DNA of 64,000 bases from a virus. Lineage: Duplodnaviria; Caudoviricetes. Location of the stretch: the IMG/VR virus record IMGVR_UViG_643348562_000001, positions 20,153 to 84,152 of that record; one strand, given 5' to 3'. This document shows positions 20,724-30,492 of this stretch, piece by piece (the stretch's first letter is position 1; the number at the start of each line of letters is the position of its first letter). The notes under the pieces were generated by a model, which made no database searches, was not told the DNA's origin, and saw nothing but the letters and a program-made list of their open reading frames with translations. Made by a program: the position numbers and the translations under genes.

Positions 20724-21227
20724 ATGAAAACAAGTATACAGAGACATAGACAAAGAACTCGTAGAACTCAATCACAAGTTGCAGACATGTTACTTACTAC
20801 TAAACCAAATATCTGCAATATCGAGAAGGGACGTCGCAATATCTCATCTGAAATCTTAATGACAAGTTACGAAAGAAGTGATGATCCAATTCTAATCAAA
20901 GAAATGTCATACGAGTTCTCGAACGGATATACGACACCAGCACCATCAGAAGTAGTATTTGATGACCATCGTATATGTATAAAAGAGAGGATGCTTAATG
21001 AAATACGAGAAGTAATTGATGTTCTCAATCTCTATCGTATTGATAAACGCCCTGAATATTGCAGTCAAGAAGACATTGAGAATGTAAGACGTATCGCTAG
21101 CGAAACGCAAGATGTGATTTTTGAAGCACAGGCGCTTATCGACAAAATCATTATAGATTACCAATTGAATCCACAAGAATTATCTAGAACAAGAAATCAG
21201 CGTTACAAAATGGAACGCAGAATCTGA
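20724..21227 (+). CDS. XRE HTH protein with C-terminal extension
   Basis: TQSQVADML...NIEKGRR HTH. Confidence 0.75.
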   Translation: MKTSIQRHRQRTRRTQSQVADMLLTTKPNICNIEKGRRNISSEILMTSYERSDDPILIKEMSYEFSNGYTTPAPSEVVFDDHRICIKERMLNEIREVIDVLNLYRIDKRPEYCSQEDIENVRRIASETQDVIFEAQALIDKIIIDYQLNPQELSRTRNQRYKMERRI

Positions 21228-21228
21228 G

Positions 21229-21798
21229 GTGATTTTCATGGATAAAAAAGCAATTGGAAGAAAAATACAAAGTATTCGATTGAATCTAGGTATGAACACA
21301 AGAGAGTTTGGAGAGGAAATACTTAATTCATCAGACAGTCTTGTGAGTAGATGGGAGAAAGGTAAATCAGTTCCTCGACAAGATAGGTTGAAACGTATTG
21401 CTGAACTCGGAAACATAACTGTTGATGAACTTGTCACAACATTAGATTATCAATCGCTCTACGAACAAGAAAAACAAAAGAACATAAAAAATGATGCAAG
21501 AATAATCGGTCAACGGATCAAAAACATTAGACGCTCAAAAGGGTTGTCTATGAGGGAGTTCGGAGAGTATTTCGGTGCTCAAAGTGGAGTGGTATCAAAT
21601 TGGGAAAACGCAAAACAAACTCCAAACAGAAAACGTTTAAAACAAATAGCGGAATTTGCCGGAATAACTGTCGAAGAACTTACAGACTCAATTGATTACA
21701 AGCAGTTATACGAACTTGAATGCAACAGAGCTGAAAGCCTGCAAAATGAAATCGATAATTTAAAATTACAAATTGATTTATTAAAACGAGGTGATTAA
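21229..21798 (+). CDS. Tandem double XRE-HTH regulator
   Basis: Two homologous HTH units (VSRWEKGKSVP / VSNWENAKQTP). Confidence 0.8.
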   Translation: MIFMDKKAIGRKIQSIRLNLGMNTREFGEEILNSSDSLVSRWEKGKSVPRQDRLKRIAELGNITVDELVTTLDYQSLYEQEKQKNIKNDARIIGQRIKNIRRSKGLSMREFGEYFGAQSGVVSNWENAKQTPNRKRLKQIAEFAGITVEELTDSIDYKQLYELECNRAESLQNEIDNLKLQIDLLKRGD

Positions 21799-22044
21799 AT
21801 GTTTGCACCAGAAGTTATTAACAATTTAACAGATGCAATTGCTGAACAGCTAGAGGACAAACTGACAAAGAAATATCATCCAACAGTTTCGAGAGAAGAA
21901 GCTATGGATCTTATAGGTTGTAGCGCTGCAGTATTCAATGAAATAAGAAAACGAGATGATTTTCAGTTCGTTCATATTGAAGGAATCTCATCGCGTTACA
22001 GCACAGCAAACTTAATCGAATGGATTAACGGAAGGAGGAAGTGA
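21799..22044 (+). CDS. Excisionase-like DNA-binding protein
   Basis: Small winged-HTH pattern (VSREEAMDLIGCS...LIEWI). Confidence 0.5.
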   Translation: MFAPEVINNLTDAIAEQLEDKLTKKYHPTVSREEAMDLIGCSAAVFNEIRKRDDFQFVHIEGISSRYSTANLIEWINGRRK

Positions 22045-22045
22045 C

Positions 22046-22237
22046 ATGAAGTATTTAGCGAAGTTATCTTATACATTACTTTATCTGATTTGTACAATTT
22101 TCGCATGCTTAGTGGTGTTATTTCTAGCTTTAGGATTTCAAATGCAACCAGCACCAAGACTAGGGTTAACAATCATCGTTCAACTTTCATCATTCCTTTT
22201 GCTTTCAACTTACAAAGATTTAAAGGAGGTGAGATAG
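22046..22237 (+). CDS. Small membrane protein
   Basis: Two hydrophobic segments; RBS. Confidence 0.55.
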   Translation: MKYLAKLSYTLLYLICTIFACLVVLFLALGFQMQPAPRLGLTIIVQLSSFLLLSTYKDLKEVR

Positions 22238-22330
22238 ATGAGAAAATTACAAGCATTAAAAATAGCCCTCTTAATCGTCATCTTGGCGGAGGAGATTAAG
22301 AGAGTTAAGAAAACAAAATATGTTGCTGGC

Positions 22331-22567
22331 TTAGCTCAAGATATTAGATACTTTTAAATTAAACATCTCAGTTTTTGCACACGTTTTACAGACTGTAACG
22401 AATACTTCCATACCAACTAACGATGCTGGCTGTGAGATGAGCGGTAATGAATGAATTTCATTTGAAAATACTATTTGAGGATTCGAGCAACAAACAGAAC
22501 GCTCTTGAGATTTAAGGTAACTTTCTATTTTTTTCATTTGACTATCATTAAATTTCAAATTTTCCAT
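22331..22567 (-). CDS. Small Cys-rich (Zn-ribbon-like) moron protein
   Basis: GGAGG RBS; CC and CKTC motifs; antisense to the early operon. Confidence 0.65.
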   Translation of the reverse strand: MENLKFNDSQMKKIESYLKSQERSVCCSNPQIVFSNEIHSLPLISQPASLVGMEVFVTVCKTCAKTEMFNLKVSNILS

Positions 22568-22696
22568 TATATAACCTCCTTTCTTAATCAGATTAACAAA
22601 ATTATACAGTAAGAGTTTGCAAAATATAACGGAACATCAGTTCTAAAGGAGAAATTATTTTATTCCAAAACATTTATTAATGAAAGAACAGAAAGG

Positions 22697-23467
22697 ATGA
22701 AGCAAATGAACACATTAATCAAGATCGAGAATAATTCAGAACTAGGCCCAGTCGTTAGCAGTAGGATAGTTGCTGAAGAGTTAAGTAGAAGACATTCACA
22801 TGTAATTAGAGATTTAGAGAAAATTTTACTCGACCCAAATGTGGGCTCAGTGATTTTTGAATCTAAATACAAAGATGTAACAGGTAGAACGTTAAAAGAG
22901 TATTTGTTAACTAAAGACGGATTCATCCTATATATGTTCAACATCCAAGGTCACAACGACTTCAAAATGGCATATATCAATAGATTCAACGAAATGGAGA
23001 AAACATTACAAAACAGATTACCTGGAACATACAAGGAAGCATTATTGCAGTTAGTTGAACAAGTGGAAGAAAATGAGAAATTACATCTAGAGAATACGAT
23101 GCAGAAACAACAGATTGGAGAGTTAAAACCGAAAGCGAACTATGTAGACACAATTCTTAAAAGTAAGAGCTTAGTTACTATTGGTCAGATCGCAAAAGAT
23201 TATGGCATGTCTGCTCAAGAGATGAATAAACTGCTTCAACGATTCAAAATTCAGTATAAGCAATCAGGACAATGGCTACTTTACTCAAATCATCACGCTA
23301 AAGGTTATACGCATTCAGAAACAACTGAGATTACGCATAAAAATGGAAGTGTTTCAGTGAGAATGCATACGAAATGGACACAGAAAGGTCGTTTATTCCT
23401 TTATGAATTCTTGAAACGCAGAGATATTATTCCTGTGATTGAATTTGAAAGCGAGGAAACTGCATGA
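22697..23467 (+). CDS. Antirepressor (Rha-like N-terminus plus KilA-C/ANT C-terminus)
   Basis: SSRIVAEELSRRH..V.RD; LKPKANYVD...WTQKGRLF. Confidence 0.9.
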   Translation: MKQMNTLIKIENNSELGPVVSSRIVAEELSRRHSHVIRDLEKILLDPNVGSVIFESKYKDVTGRTLKEYLLTKDGFILYMFNIQGHNDFKMAYINRFNEMEKTLQNRLPGTYKEALLQLVEQVEENEKLHLENTMQKQQIGELKPKANYVDTILKSKSLVTIGQIAKDYGMSAQEMNKLLQRFKIQYKQSGQWLLYSNHHAKGYTHSETTEITHKNGSVSVRMHTKWTQKGRLFLYEFLKRRDIIPVIEFESEETA

Positions 23468-23856
23468 AGTTACCTTACTGTAGGCAAGTAGAGTTCGTTA
23501 AAGTTGGAAGAGCATTTTTCACGCTTGATGAGTACTACAGATTGATAAAAGAATACGGACCGCATTGCGATGTTGAGTGGGATTTAGAAAACGACTGCGG
23601 AGTTGCTTATTTTACAGAAGTAGTCACTGTAGGAGGTGATAGAAATGCAGGATAACTTATCAGAGCTTGAATATTTGGAAAGATTGTATTGTAGCGATGA
23701 AGAGGATGAAGATAATTTGAATTGGAACTTAAATCATCAAGAAGATGTTTATCGTGATCGAGAGTTTAACACATAAAAAAAGCGCATATCAAGGATACGC
23801 GCATCAGATAACAACTCTAACTCATTATATCACATAAAGATGAAGGAGGAAATAAC

Positions 23857-24798
23857 ATGGCAGAGGTTTTAAGCACAAAGGACATGACTCATGAAGAATG
23901 GCTGAAAGCTAGACAGTCAGGTATCGGTGGAAGTGATGCCGGAACTATTCTCGGAGTGAATAAGTGGAAATCTAAAACACAACTATTCTTCGAGAAGGTA
24001 AATCCAGAATTAAAGCAACAAGTTGACAACGAGTTTATATATTGGGGGAACGTCCTTGAAGATGTTGTAGCTAAAGAATTTGAAACAAGGACAGGTAAGA
24101 AAGTCAGAAAAAACAACAAAATGTTAAGACATCCTGAACATGAATTTATGTTAGCAAACTTAGACAGAGTAATAGTAGGTGAAAAGGCATTGCTCGAATG
24201 TAAGACTACTTCGCAATACAATATTGATCAATGGAAGGATGACGAGATACCAGCATCGTATCTTTGTCAGATTCAGCACTACATGGCAGTTACAGGATAT
24301 GAAAAAGCATATATCGCAGTTTTATGTGGTGGTAATCAGTTCATTTGGAAGGAAGTGCCGCGTGACGATGAATTGATTGGAATTATCATCAATGCTGAAA
24401 AGGACTTCTGGTATAACAACGTTCTTGCAGGCGTTATTCCTGAAATAGATGGAAGTGATGCAACTAAAAATTTCTTGAATCATATGTATAAAGATATCGA
24501 TGAAACCGAAGTTCAGTTAAGTGATGATGTCGAAACATTATTAACTGCATTAGAACAAGTTAAGCAAGAAGAAAAAGAACTTAAAGAACTTAAAACGCAA
24601 TATGAAAACAAAATAAAGCACATACTAGGCAACAACTTAGCAGGTAAAACAAGTGGATATCAGATTACCTGGAAACCACAAGTAAGAAAGACTCTGGATA
24701 CTAAGAAGATTCGAGAAATTTATGGAGAACAATTAGACCCTTATTACAAAGAAACAGAAACTAGAGTATTAAAAATCAAACAAATCAAAGGAGCGTAA
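23857..24798 (+). CDS. YqaJ-family viral recombinase exonuclease
   Basis: WLKARQSGIGGSDA, ANLDR, LECKT, QIQHYM motifs. Confidence 0.92.
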   Translation: MAEVLSTKDMTHEEWLKARQSGIGGSDAGTILGVNKWKSKTQLFFEKVNPELKQQVDNEFIYWGNVLEDVVAKEFETRTGKKVRKNNKMLRHPEHEFMLANLDRVIVGEKALLECKTTSQYNIDQWKDDEIPASYLCQIQHYMAVTGYEKAYIAVLCGGNQFIWKEVPRDDELIGIIINAEKDFWYNNVLAGVIPEIDGSDATKNFLNHMYKDIDETEVQLSDDVETLLTALEQVKQEEKELKELKTQYENKIKHILGNNLAGKTSGYQITWKPQVRKTLDTKKIREIYGEQLDPYYKETETRVLKIKQIKGA

Positions 24799-24803
24799 TA
24801 ATT

Positions 24804-25634
24804 ATGGCAACTACTGAATCATTAAAACAACAGGTACAAACTACACAACAAAATCAAGTGGCAAATCAACCGAAACCTCAGACGATTGATGATTACATGA
24901 AGAAGATGGCACCGGCAATGGCACAAGCGTTACCAAAGCATATGGATATTGATCGTTTAACACGTTTAGCAATGACTACAATCAGAACAACTCCTGCATT
25001 AAAAGATGCAGATGTAGGAAGTCTACTTGGAGCAGTGATGCAAGCAGCACAACTTGGACTAGAGCCTGGATTGATGGGTCATTGCTACTTACTGCCTTTT
25101 AACAATAAAAATAAAGGCATTAAAGAAGTTCAGTTCATTATCGGATATAAAGGCATGATTGATCTAGCACGAAGAAGCGGTCATATCAAATCAATCTATG
25201 CACATGCAGTATATAGTAACGATGAATTTGATTATGAACTAGGATTAGAAAGCAAGTTAGTTCACAAACCGACGATGGAGCCTGATAAAGGAGAATTTAT
25301 TGGTGCTTATGCGGTAGCGCATTTTAAAGATGGTGGATATCAATTTGAATTTATGAGTAAGGCAGACATTGAAAAGCGTAAAGGTAGAAGTAAAGCTGCA
25401 AACTCTAAATTCAGTCCTTGGACATCAGATTATGAAGAGATGGCCAAGAAAACTGTTGTTCGTCATATGTGGAAGTATTTGCCGATTAGCGTAGAAGTGC
25501 AGCAACAAGTTGCTTATGACGAAGGTACAGGTAAGGATATCAGCAAGATTAAAGACGTCACACCTGATGACACGTTGCTTGAAGCACCAGACTATGAATT
25601 GCTGGATATCACAGATGAAAATACGGAGGGGTAA
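24804..25634 (+). CDS. recT: RecT single-strand annealing protein
   Basis: QAAQLGLEPG, QFIIGYKGMIDLARRSG, EMAKKTV motifs. Confidence 0.93.
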   Translation: MATTESLKQQVQTTQQNQVANQPKPQTIDDYMKKMAPAMAQALPKHMDIDRLTRLAMTTIRTTPALKDADVGSLLGAVMQAAQLGLEPGLMGHCYLLPFNNKNKGIKEVQFIIGYKGMIDLARRSGHIKSIYAHAVYSNDEFDYELGLESKLVHKPTMEPDKGEFIGAYAVAHFKDGGYQFEFMSKADIEKRKGRSKAANSKFSPWTSDYEEMAKKTVVRHMWKYLPISVEVQQQVAYDEGTGKDISKIKDVTPDDTLLEAPDYELLDITDENTEG

Positions 25635-25665
25635 GACCCTCCATTCTTTTAGAAAGGAGTAAGTT

Positions 25666-26557
25666 ATGGCTAAGACAAAAAGGTACTTTTGGTTGAAACT
25701 GAAAGAAGACTTTTTCAATCAAAAAGAAATAAAACTGCTGAGAAAAATTGCTGGGGGAGATACGTACACAATCATATATCTTAAGTTATTATTACTCAGC
25801 TTAAAAAATGACGGAAAAATTTACTTTGACGGTTTAACAGATGAATTTTCTGAAGAAGTCGCTTTAGAGATCGATGAATCAGTTGAGAATGTACAGGTAA
25901 CTATGCAGTTCTTACAAAAGAAAGGCTTAATCGCTTTTGATACAGAACATCAAGATGAATTCGAACTTACTAATATAGCTTCAATGATAGGTAGTGAGAC
26001 AGATAAAGCAGCTATGATGAGAAGGAAACGAGCAAGAGAGAAAGAACAAAAACAATTGAATGGTAACAATGTTACTGCAGAGTTACCTGACCGTTACACA
26101 GAGATAGAGAAAGAGAAAGAGATAGATTTAGAGAAAGAGAAAGAGAAGACAAAGAGAGAAACAACTCGTCCTTCGTCATTCGATATCTTCGAAAATGGTG
26201 GTTATTGGCTACCTGGATCCAATAACAATGCAGAAGTTATTTGCATGGATAGATGACTTCGGAGATGAAGGTGATTCTATCGTCAGCAAGGCATTAGATG
26301 TAGGTATTGAAGCGGGCATTAAAAACTATAAATATGTGAATGGCATATTAAGAAACTGGCATAACAAAGGATTTAAGACAACAGCTGAAATAGATGCTAA
26401 TGAAATTGCTAGACAGACTAAGGATAACAATCAAGTTAAACCTAATGTGCAGACAACAAAACGTTCACCTGAAGAAATCGCAAGACTTAAAGAACGTAAC
26501 GAAAGAAACATGAGACAGATGTTAGGTGGTGAAGATGTTGAAATCATTACTGAATAG
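25666..26557 (+). CDS. Replication initiator (replisome organizer N-terminus plus DnaD domain), +1 base near 26205
   Basis: YFWLKLKEDFF N-terminus; YKYVNGILRNW DnaD motif in the +1 frame; span is 3n+1; purine-rich repeats at ~26100-26160. Confidence 0.85.
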
Positions 26558-27320
26558 TGAACTTATGAAAGCAGTAGCAAATCGAGGTATCCCAGAAATC
26601 GAAGAGGAAACATGTGATAAGTGCGGCACAAAGAATACTTACAAAGTAAATGATGATGGAACGCGTGAGCTAGTAATCAAATGCGACTGTCACCTTAGAG
26701 AGTTAGTTAGAGCAGATAAGAAACGAATGCAGCAAAAAAAGATTAACTATTATTTCAATCAGTCGCTAATTAATCCGGATCTGAAAAAGGCATCATTCAA
26801 AAATAATGATATTGATCTCGAAAAAGCAAGTCCTGAGATATATAACGCTTATAAAGTAGCATCTAACTTCTGTAAAGAGTTCAGTAAACAAAATCCTAAA
26901 ACCATCGTTATACAGGGTGATACAGGAACAGGCAAGTCATTCCTTGCATTTTCAATCGCAAGATACTTGAAAGACAAAGGTAATACAGTGCTCTTTATCG
27001 ATAATGTTGAGCTTTTATCACTCATTAAAGCATCATTCAATAAAAAGAATGATGATACAGAAGAAAAAATCATGCGATTAGTTAGTGAAGTTGATTTATT
27101 GGTCCTGGATGATGTAGGAGCAAACAAGCAAACAGACTGGGCATGTGAGAAGTTGTATGAGATTACGAATAAGCGCCAAGGCTTGAATACAATCTATACA
27201 ACGAACTTAGACATCATTAATGAAATGCCATCTGATTTCATGCTGAAACGTGCTTATTCAAGAATATGCAATGGTGCAACGTTTTTAACATTAGATGGTG
27301 CAGACAGAAGAATGCAATAA
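26526..27320 (+). CDS. DnaC/IstB-like helicase loader ATPase
   Basis: GDTGTGKS Walker A, LLVLDDVG Walker B, YTTN. Confidence 0.9.
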   Translation: MVKMLKSLLNSELMKAVANRGIPEIEEETCDKCGTKNTYKVNDDGTRELVIKCDCHLRELVRADKKRMQQKKINYYFNQSLINPDLKKASFKNNDIDLEKASPEIYNAYKVASNFCKEFSKQNPKTIVIQGDTGTGKSFLAFSIARYLKDKGNTVLFIDNVELLSLIKASFNKKNDDTEEKIMRLVSEVDLLVLDDVGANKQTDWACEKLYEITNKRQGLNTIYTTNLDIINEMPSDFMLKRAYSRICNGATFLTLDGADRRMQ

Positions 27321-27986
27321 ACATACAAAAGGAGAAGTGAAACGAATGACATTTAATATCGATGAAACAATTAAGAAGATTAATCAGACTTTAGCAGAAA
27401 GGAAAGTACCTGTTCAGGTTGAGATAAAGAAATCCTGCAAACCACAATGGGATTTCGAACAGCTAGAAAAAATTAAAGAAGAACAGAAAGAACAAGCAAA
27501 GCAAGAACGAATCCAGGAATACGCAAAACTGCTTTACGATGAAAAATTTGTAGTTGTATCGAACGAAAGAATGCAGGAATTGAAAATGAAAGAACGTATG
27601 CTAAGTAAAATATCCGACGACATGGTTTCTGTATTAGAAGATATTACGGAGGTGATCAAGCATGACTAAAGAACAAATCATGAGACGCCTTAACTGTACA
27701 GAAACATATGCGCAACGAATGATTGACTGGGCAACAAATGAATTAGAGTTGCGTGTCCTGGTAGCGCAAAAAGACCATGAGTTACAAACTCGAAAGGGGA
27801 TTGAGGAATATGGACCAACAGAACCTGCGACAGCTTAAGACTAAAGTTAAGGAATTAAAAGTACAGGTCGTTATTGCTAGGCATAACGTGAGGGCATCAG
27901 AGGAAGATGTCGACAGATTACAGTTTCTTGATTTTGCAGATTCAATGATTAAACAAATTAATGAAATGATGGAGGAAATGAAATGA
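27295..27986 (+). CDS. Cluster of small hypothetical early genes
   Basis: ORFs 27295-27669, ~27662-27838 and 27777-27986, closely packed. Confidence 0.5.
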
Positions 27987-28492
27987 TTAACAGAGTAGTA
28001 CTTACGGGTCGATTAACAAAAGATCCAGAATTCAGAGTAACAACATCAGGTGTTTCAGTCGCAACATTCACATTAGCAGTAAATCGCATGTTTTCGAATG
28101 ACCAGGGAGAAAAACAGGCAGATTTTATTAACTGTGTGACTTTCAGAAAACAAGCAGAAAATGTTAACAACTTCTTAAGTAAAGCCAGTTTAGTCGGTGT
28201 TGACGGAAGATTGCAATCACGCAGCTACGATAATCAACAAGGACAGCGTGTATTCGTTACAGAAGTGATTTGCGACAGTGTTCAGTTCCTTGAACCAAAG
28301 AATAGTCAAAATAACGCAAATAATAATGCACAACAAACGAATTACAATCAGACGAACAACAATAACCAAAACAACCAAAACGTCAATAGAGGGCAAAATA
28401 ACACAAATAACGGATACTCGCAACAGCATGAAAATCCATTTGCTAATTCATCAGGCCCTATCGATATCCAGGATGATGATTTGCCCTTCTAA
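27983..28492 (+). CDS. ssb: Single-stranded DNA-binding protein
   Basis: [16 protein letters not shown]...DDDLPF. Confidence 0.97.
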   Translation: MINRVVLTGRLTKDPEFRVTTSGVSVATFTLAVNRMFSNDQGEKQADFINCVTFRKQAENVNNFLSKASLVGVDGRLQSRSYDNQQGQRVFVTEVICDSVQFLEPKNSQNNANNNAQQTNYNQTNNNNQNNQNVNRGQNNTNNGYSQQHENPFANSSGPIDIQDDDLPF

Positions 28493-28509
28493 TTTAATGT
28501 ATTAAAGGA

Positions 28510-28797
28510 GTGATTCAAATGTCAAAATCAGAAGTCTATTACTTGAATTCAGATGTTGCAAAGCATTTTGATCAGCACTTTAAAGAAGCGGGATTCTATT
28601 CAGAAGAATATGCAATCCAGGAATACCTATCGACCAAAGGTATTAAGGGATATGTCACACTCATGACCAGAGAAAAAGGTGGCATAAAAATAAAGATGTG
28701 CATCGATAGAGATGATAAGACCAGCAACAAGTTTAATGTTAATCAACTCAATCACAATATAAACCATGAATTATATGACCAAGGAGTGAACTTATGA
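28510..28797 (+). CDS. Hypothetical phage protein
   Basis: RBS; 95 aa. Confidence 0.55.
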   Translation: MIQMSKSEVYYLNSDVAKHFDQHFKEAGFYSEEYAIQEYLSTKGIKGYVTLMTREKGGIKIKMCIDRDDKTSNKFNVNQLNHNINHELYDQGVNL

Positions 28798-28973
28798 GTT
28801 TACTAAAGAGATTCAAACTTTATGACCAGAAGAAAGAATGGGCAGTTACAGTAATTCCGTTAAGTGGACGTGATGGTTACAGAAATTTGACGTCTAACTT
28901 TCAGTTAGAAAACAAGATTTATAAATATTTAAGAACTTTGTTCCAAAACTGTTCCAAAACGTTCCAAAAGTAA
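28794..28973 (+). pseudogene. Truncated/chimeric paralog of ORF 30678-30899 running into the iteron region
   Basis: LLKRFKLYDQKKEWAVTVIPL vs LLNRIKLLDDKEKFATTVIPL; the C-terminus diverges into repeats. Confidence 0.5.
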
Positions 28974-29194
28974 AAAGAGAAATGGAACGGATAAACGTTG
29001 ATATATCAGTACTTTGAGCGTTACTGTTCCATTTGTTCCATTATTTTTTATATATAAATAAATATTAAATAAATAAATATATATAAAAGGTAGTGCTTTT
29101 TTAACGGAACATTTGGAACAGGGTGCTGGAAACGTTGATATGAAAGGGTTTAGGGTGTTCCAAAACGTGTTCTATTTTGGAACAAAAGTGGAAC
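28940..29194. repeat. Origin-like element: GTTCC/GGAAC iterons flanking an AT-rich core
   Basis: About 11-12 pentamers in both orientations around an A/T-only tract at 29041-29088; duplicated AAACGTTGATAT. Confidence 0.75.
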
Positions 29195-29222
29195 AAAAAT
29201 CATATAGAAGGGATAGATTAAG

Positions 29223-29456
29223 ATGAACAGAAACACATTAGGAGATTTAAACGGTTACTTATTCGAGCAGATGGAGAGATTGAATGATCCAGAATTATCG
29301 AAAGAAGAATTAAAAAATGAAATATCAAGAGCGCAAGCAATTACAAAGGTTTCGGCTCAGATTATCAACAACGGTAACTTGGTTTTAAAAGCACAAGTCG
29401 CTTATGACAGCATGATGGATATTGATGCTGAAAAGCCGACATTACTCGAGGGATAG
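29223..29456 (+). CDS. Conserved hypothetical phage protein
   Basis: NTLGDLNGYLFEQMERLND motif, commonly seen next to HNH genes. Confidence 0.7.
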   Translation: MNRNTLGDLNGYLFEQMERLNDPELSKEELKNEISRAQAITKVSAQIINNGNLVLKAQVAYDSMMDIDAEKPTLLEG

Positions 29457-29458
29457 TT

Positions 29459-29971
29459 ATGGCGAGAAGAAAAAAATACTCAGAAGAATTGATTGAATAT
29501 GTGAGAGAGATAAGTGAAGGAAGTTTACGTGATGAAATACTAGAAAAGACGAACAGTAAATTTGGTTTGAAACTTACTAAAGAGCGATTAGATTACCTGA
29601 TGACACAAAATAGAATAAAAACAGGTATAAAAACAAGCGAACAACGTAAACGACCAATAGGATCAGAACGTGAAACTGGTAGTAGAAAAATAATGATTAA
29701 GATAGCTGAACCAAGTGTGTGGGAGTATAAGCACATCGTAGAATGGCGTAAACATTATGGCGAGATTCCGAAAGGTTATGTGGTAAGCGCTAGAAATCGA
29801 GACTTAAGAGATACAAGAATCGAAAATCTGATGTTGCTTACAAAGCAGCAGGTAGGCTACTTATCCAGGAAAACACTAAAAGACATCGACTACATTAATG
29901 ATGATGTTATAAAACTGATTAATTTCATGATTGAAATTAAGAAGGCGAGCGAGAAACTAAAAGACAAATAG
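29459..29971 (+). CDS. HNH_3-like endonuclease (possibly degenerate)
   Basis: RPIGSER, KHIVEW..HYGEIPKGYVV...IENLMLL; the usual DG/N residues are altered. Confidence 0.65.
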   Translation: MARRKKYSEELIEYVREISEGSLRDEILEKTNSKFGLKLTKERLDYLMTQNRIKTGIKTSEQRKRPIGSERETGSRKIMIKIAEPSVWEYKHIVEWRKHYGEIPKGYVVSARNRDLRDTRIENLMLLTKQQVGYLSRKTLKDIDYINDDVIKLINFMIEIKKASEKLKDK

Positions 29972-29973
29972 GA

Positions 29974-30489
29974 GTGGTTGAGATGAGTGGATATACACTT
30001 AGCAATCATGCGTTCCAAAGATTTTGGGAACGCGTGCAACATGGCGTAAGCAAAAAGAAAGCGACTGAATGGGTCGAGAACGCAATTAAGAAAGGTATTA
30101 ATTGTGGGGGAGAAGATGACCGACATTATTACAGATACGAAGACTATAAAATAGTGGTCAGTCCGACAAACAAAACGATTATAACGATTTATAACGTAAG
30201 CGTATTTAATAATAAAGAATTAAATAATGAGATACACGAAATGATCGTGGCGAAAGTAAATAGAGAATTGAAGTTATCCTTTAAAGCTAAAAGAAAGCAC
30301 ATGATTCAATATCACGAAGCAAGTATTAATCATTTGAAAGTGAATAACCCTGCAACAAAGAACATCATAAAAGAAGATATCAATGAATTAAGAAGTCTGC
30401 TTGTAAGGATAGACGATGATATCGAAGCAATCAAGAAGACTGCGAAGAAATACCATGTAAATGAAGACAAATTATATCTAATGGAGTAA
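29974..30489 (+). CDS. Hypothetical phage protein (HAxxRxxER motif)
   Basis: LSNHAFQRFWERV N-terminus. Confidence 0.6.
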   Translation: MVEMSGYTLSNHAFQRFWERVQHGVSKKKATEWVENAIKKGINCGGEDDRHYYRYEDYKIVVSPTNKTIITIYNVSVFNNKELNNEIHEMIVAKVNRELKLSFKAKRKHMIQYHEASINHLKVNNPATKNIIKEDINELRSLLVRIDDDIEAIKKTAKKYHVNEDKLYLME

Positions 30490-30492
30490 GGA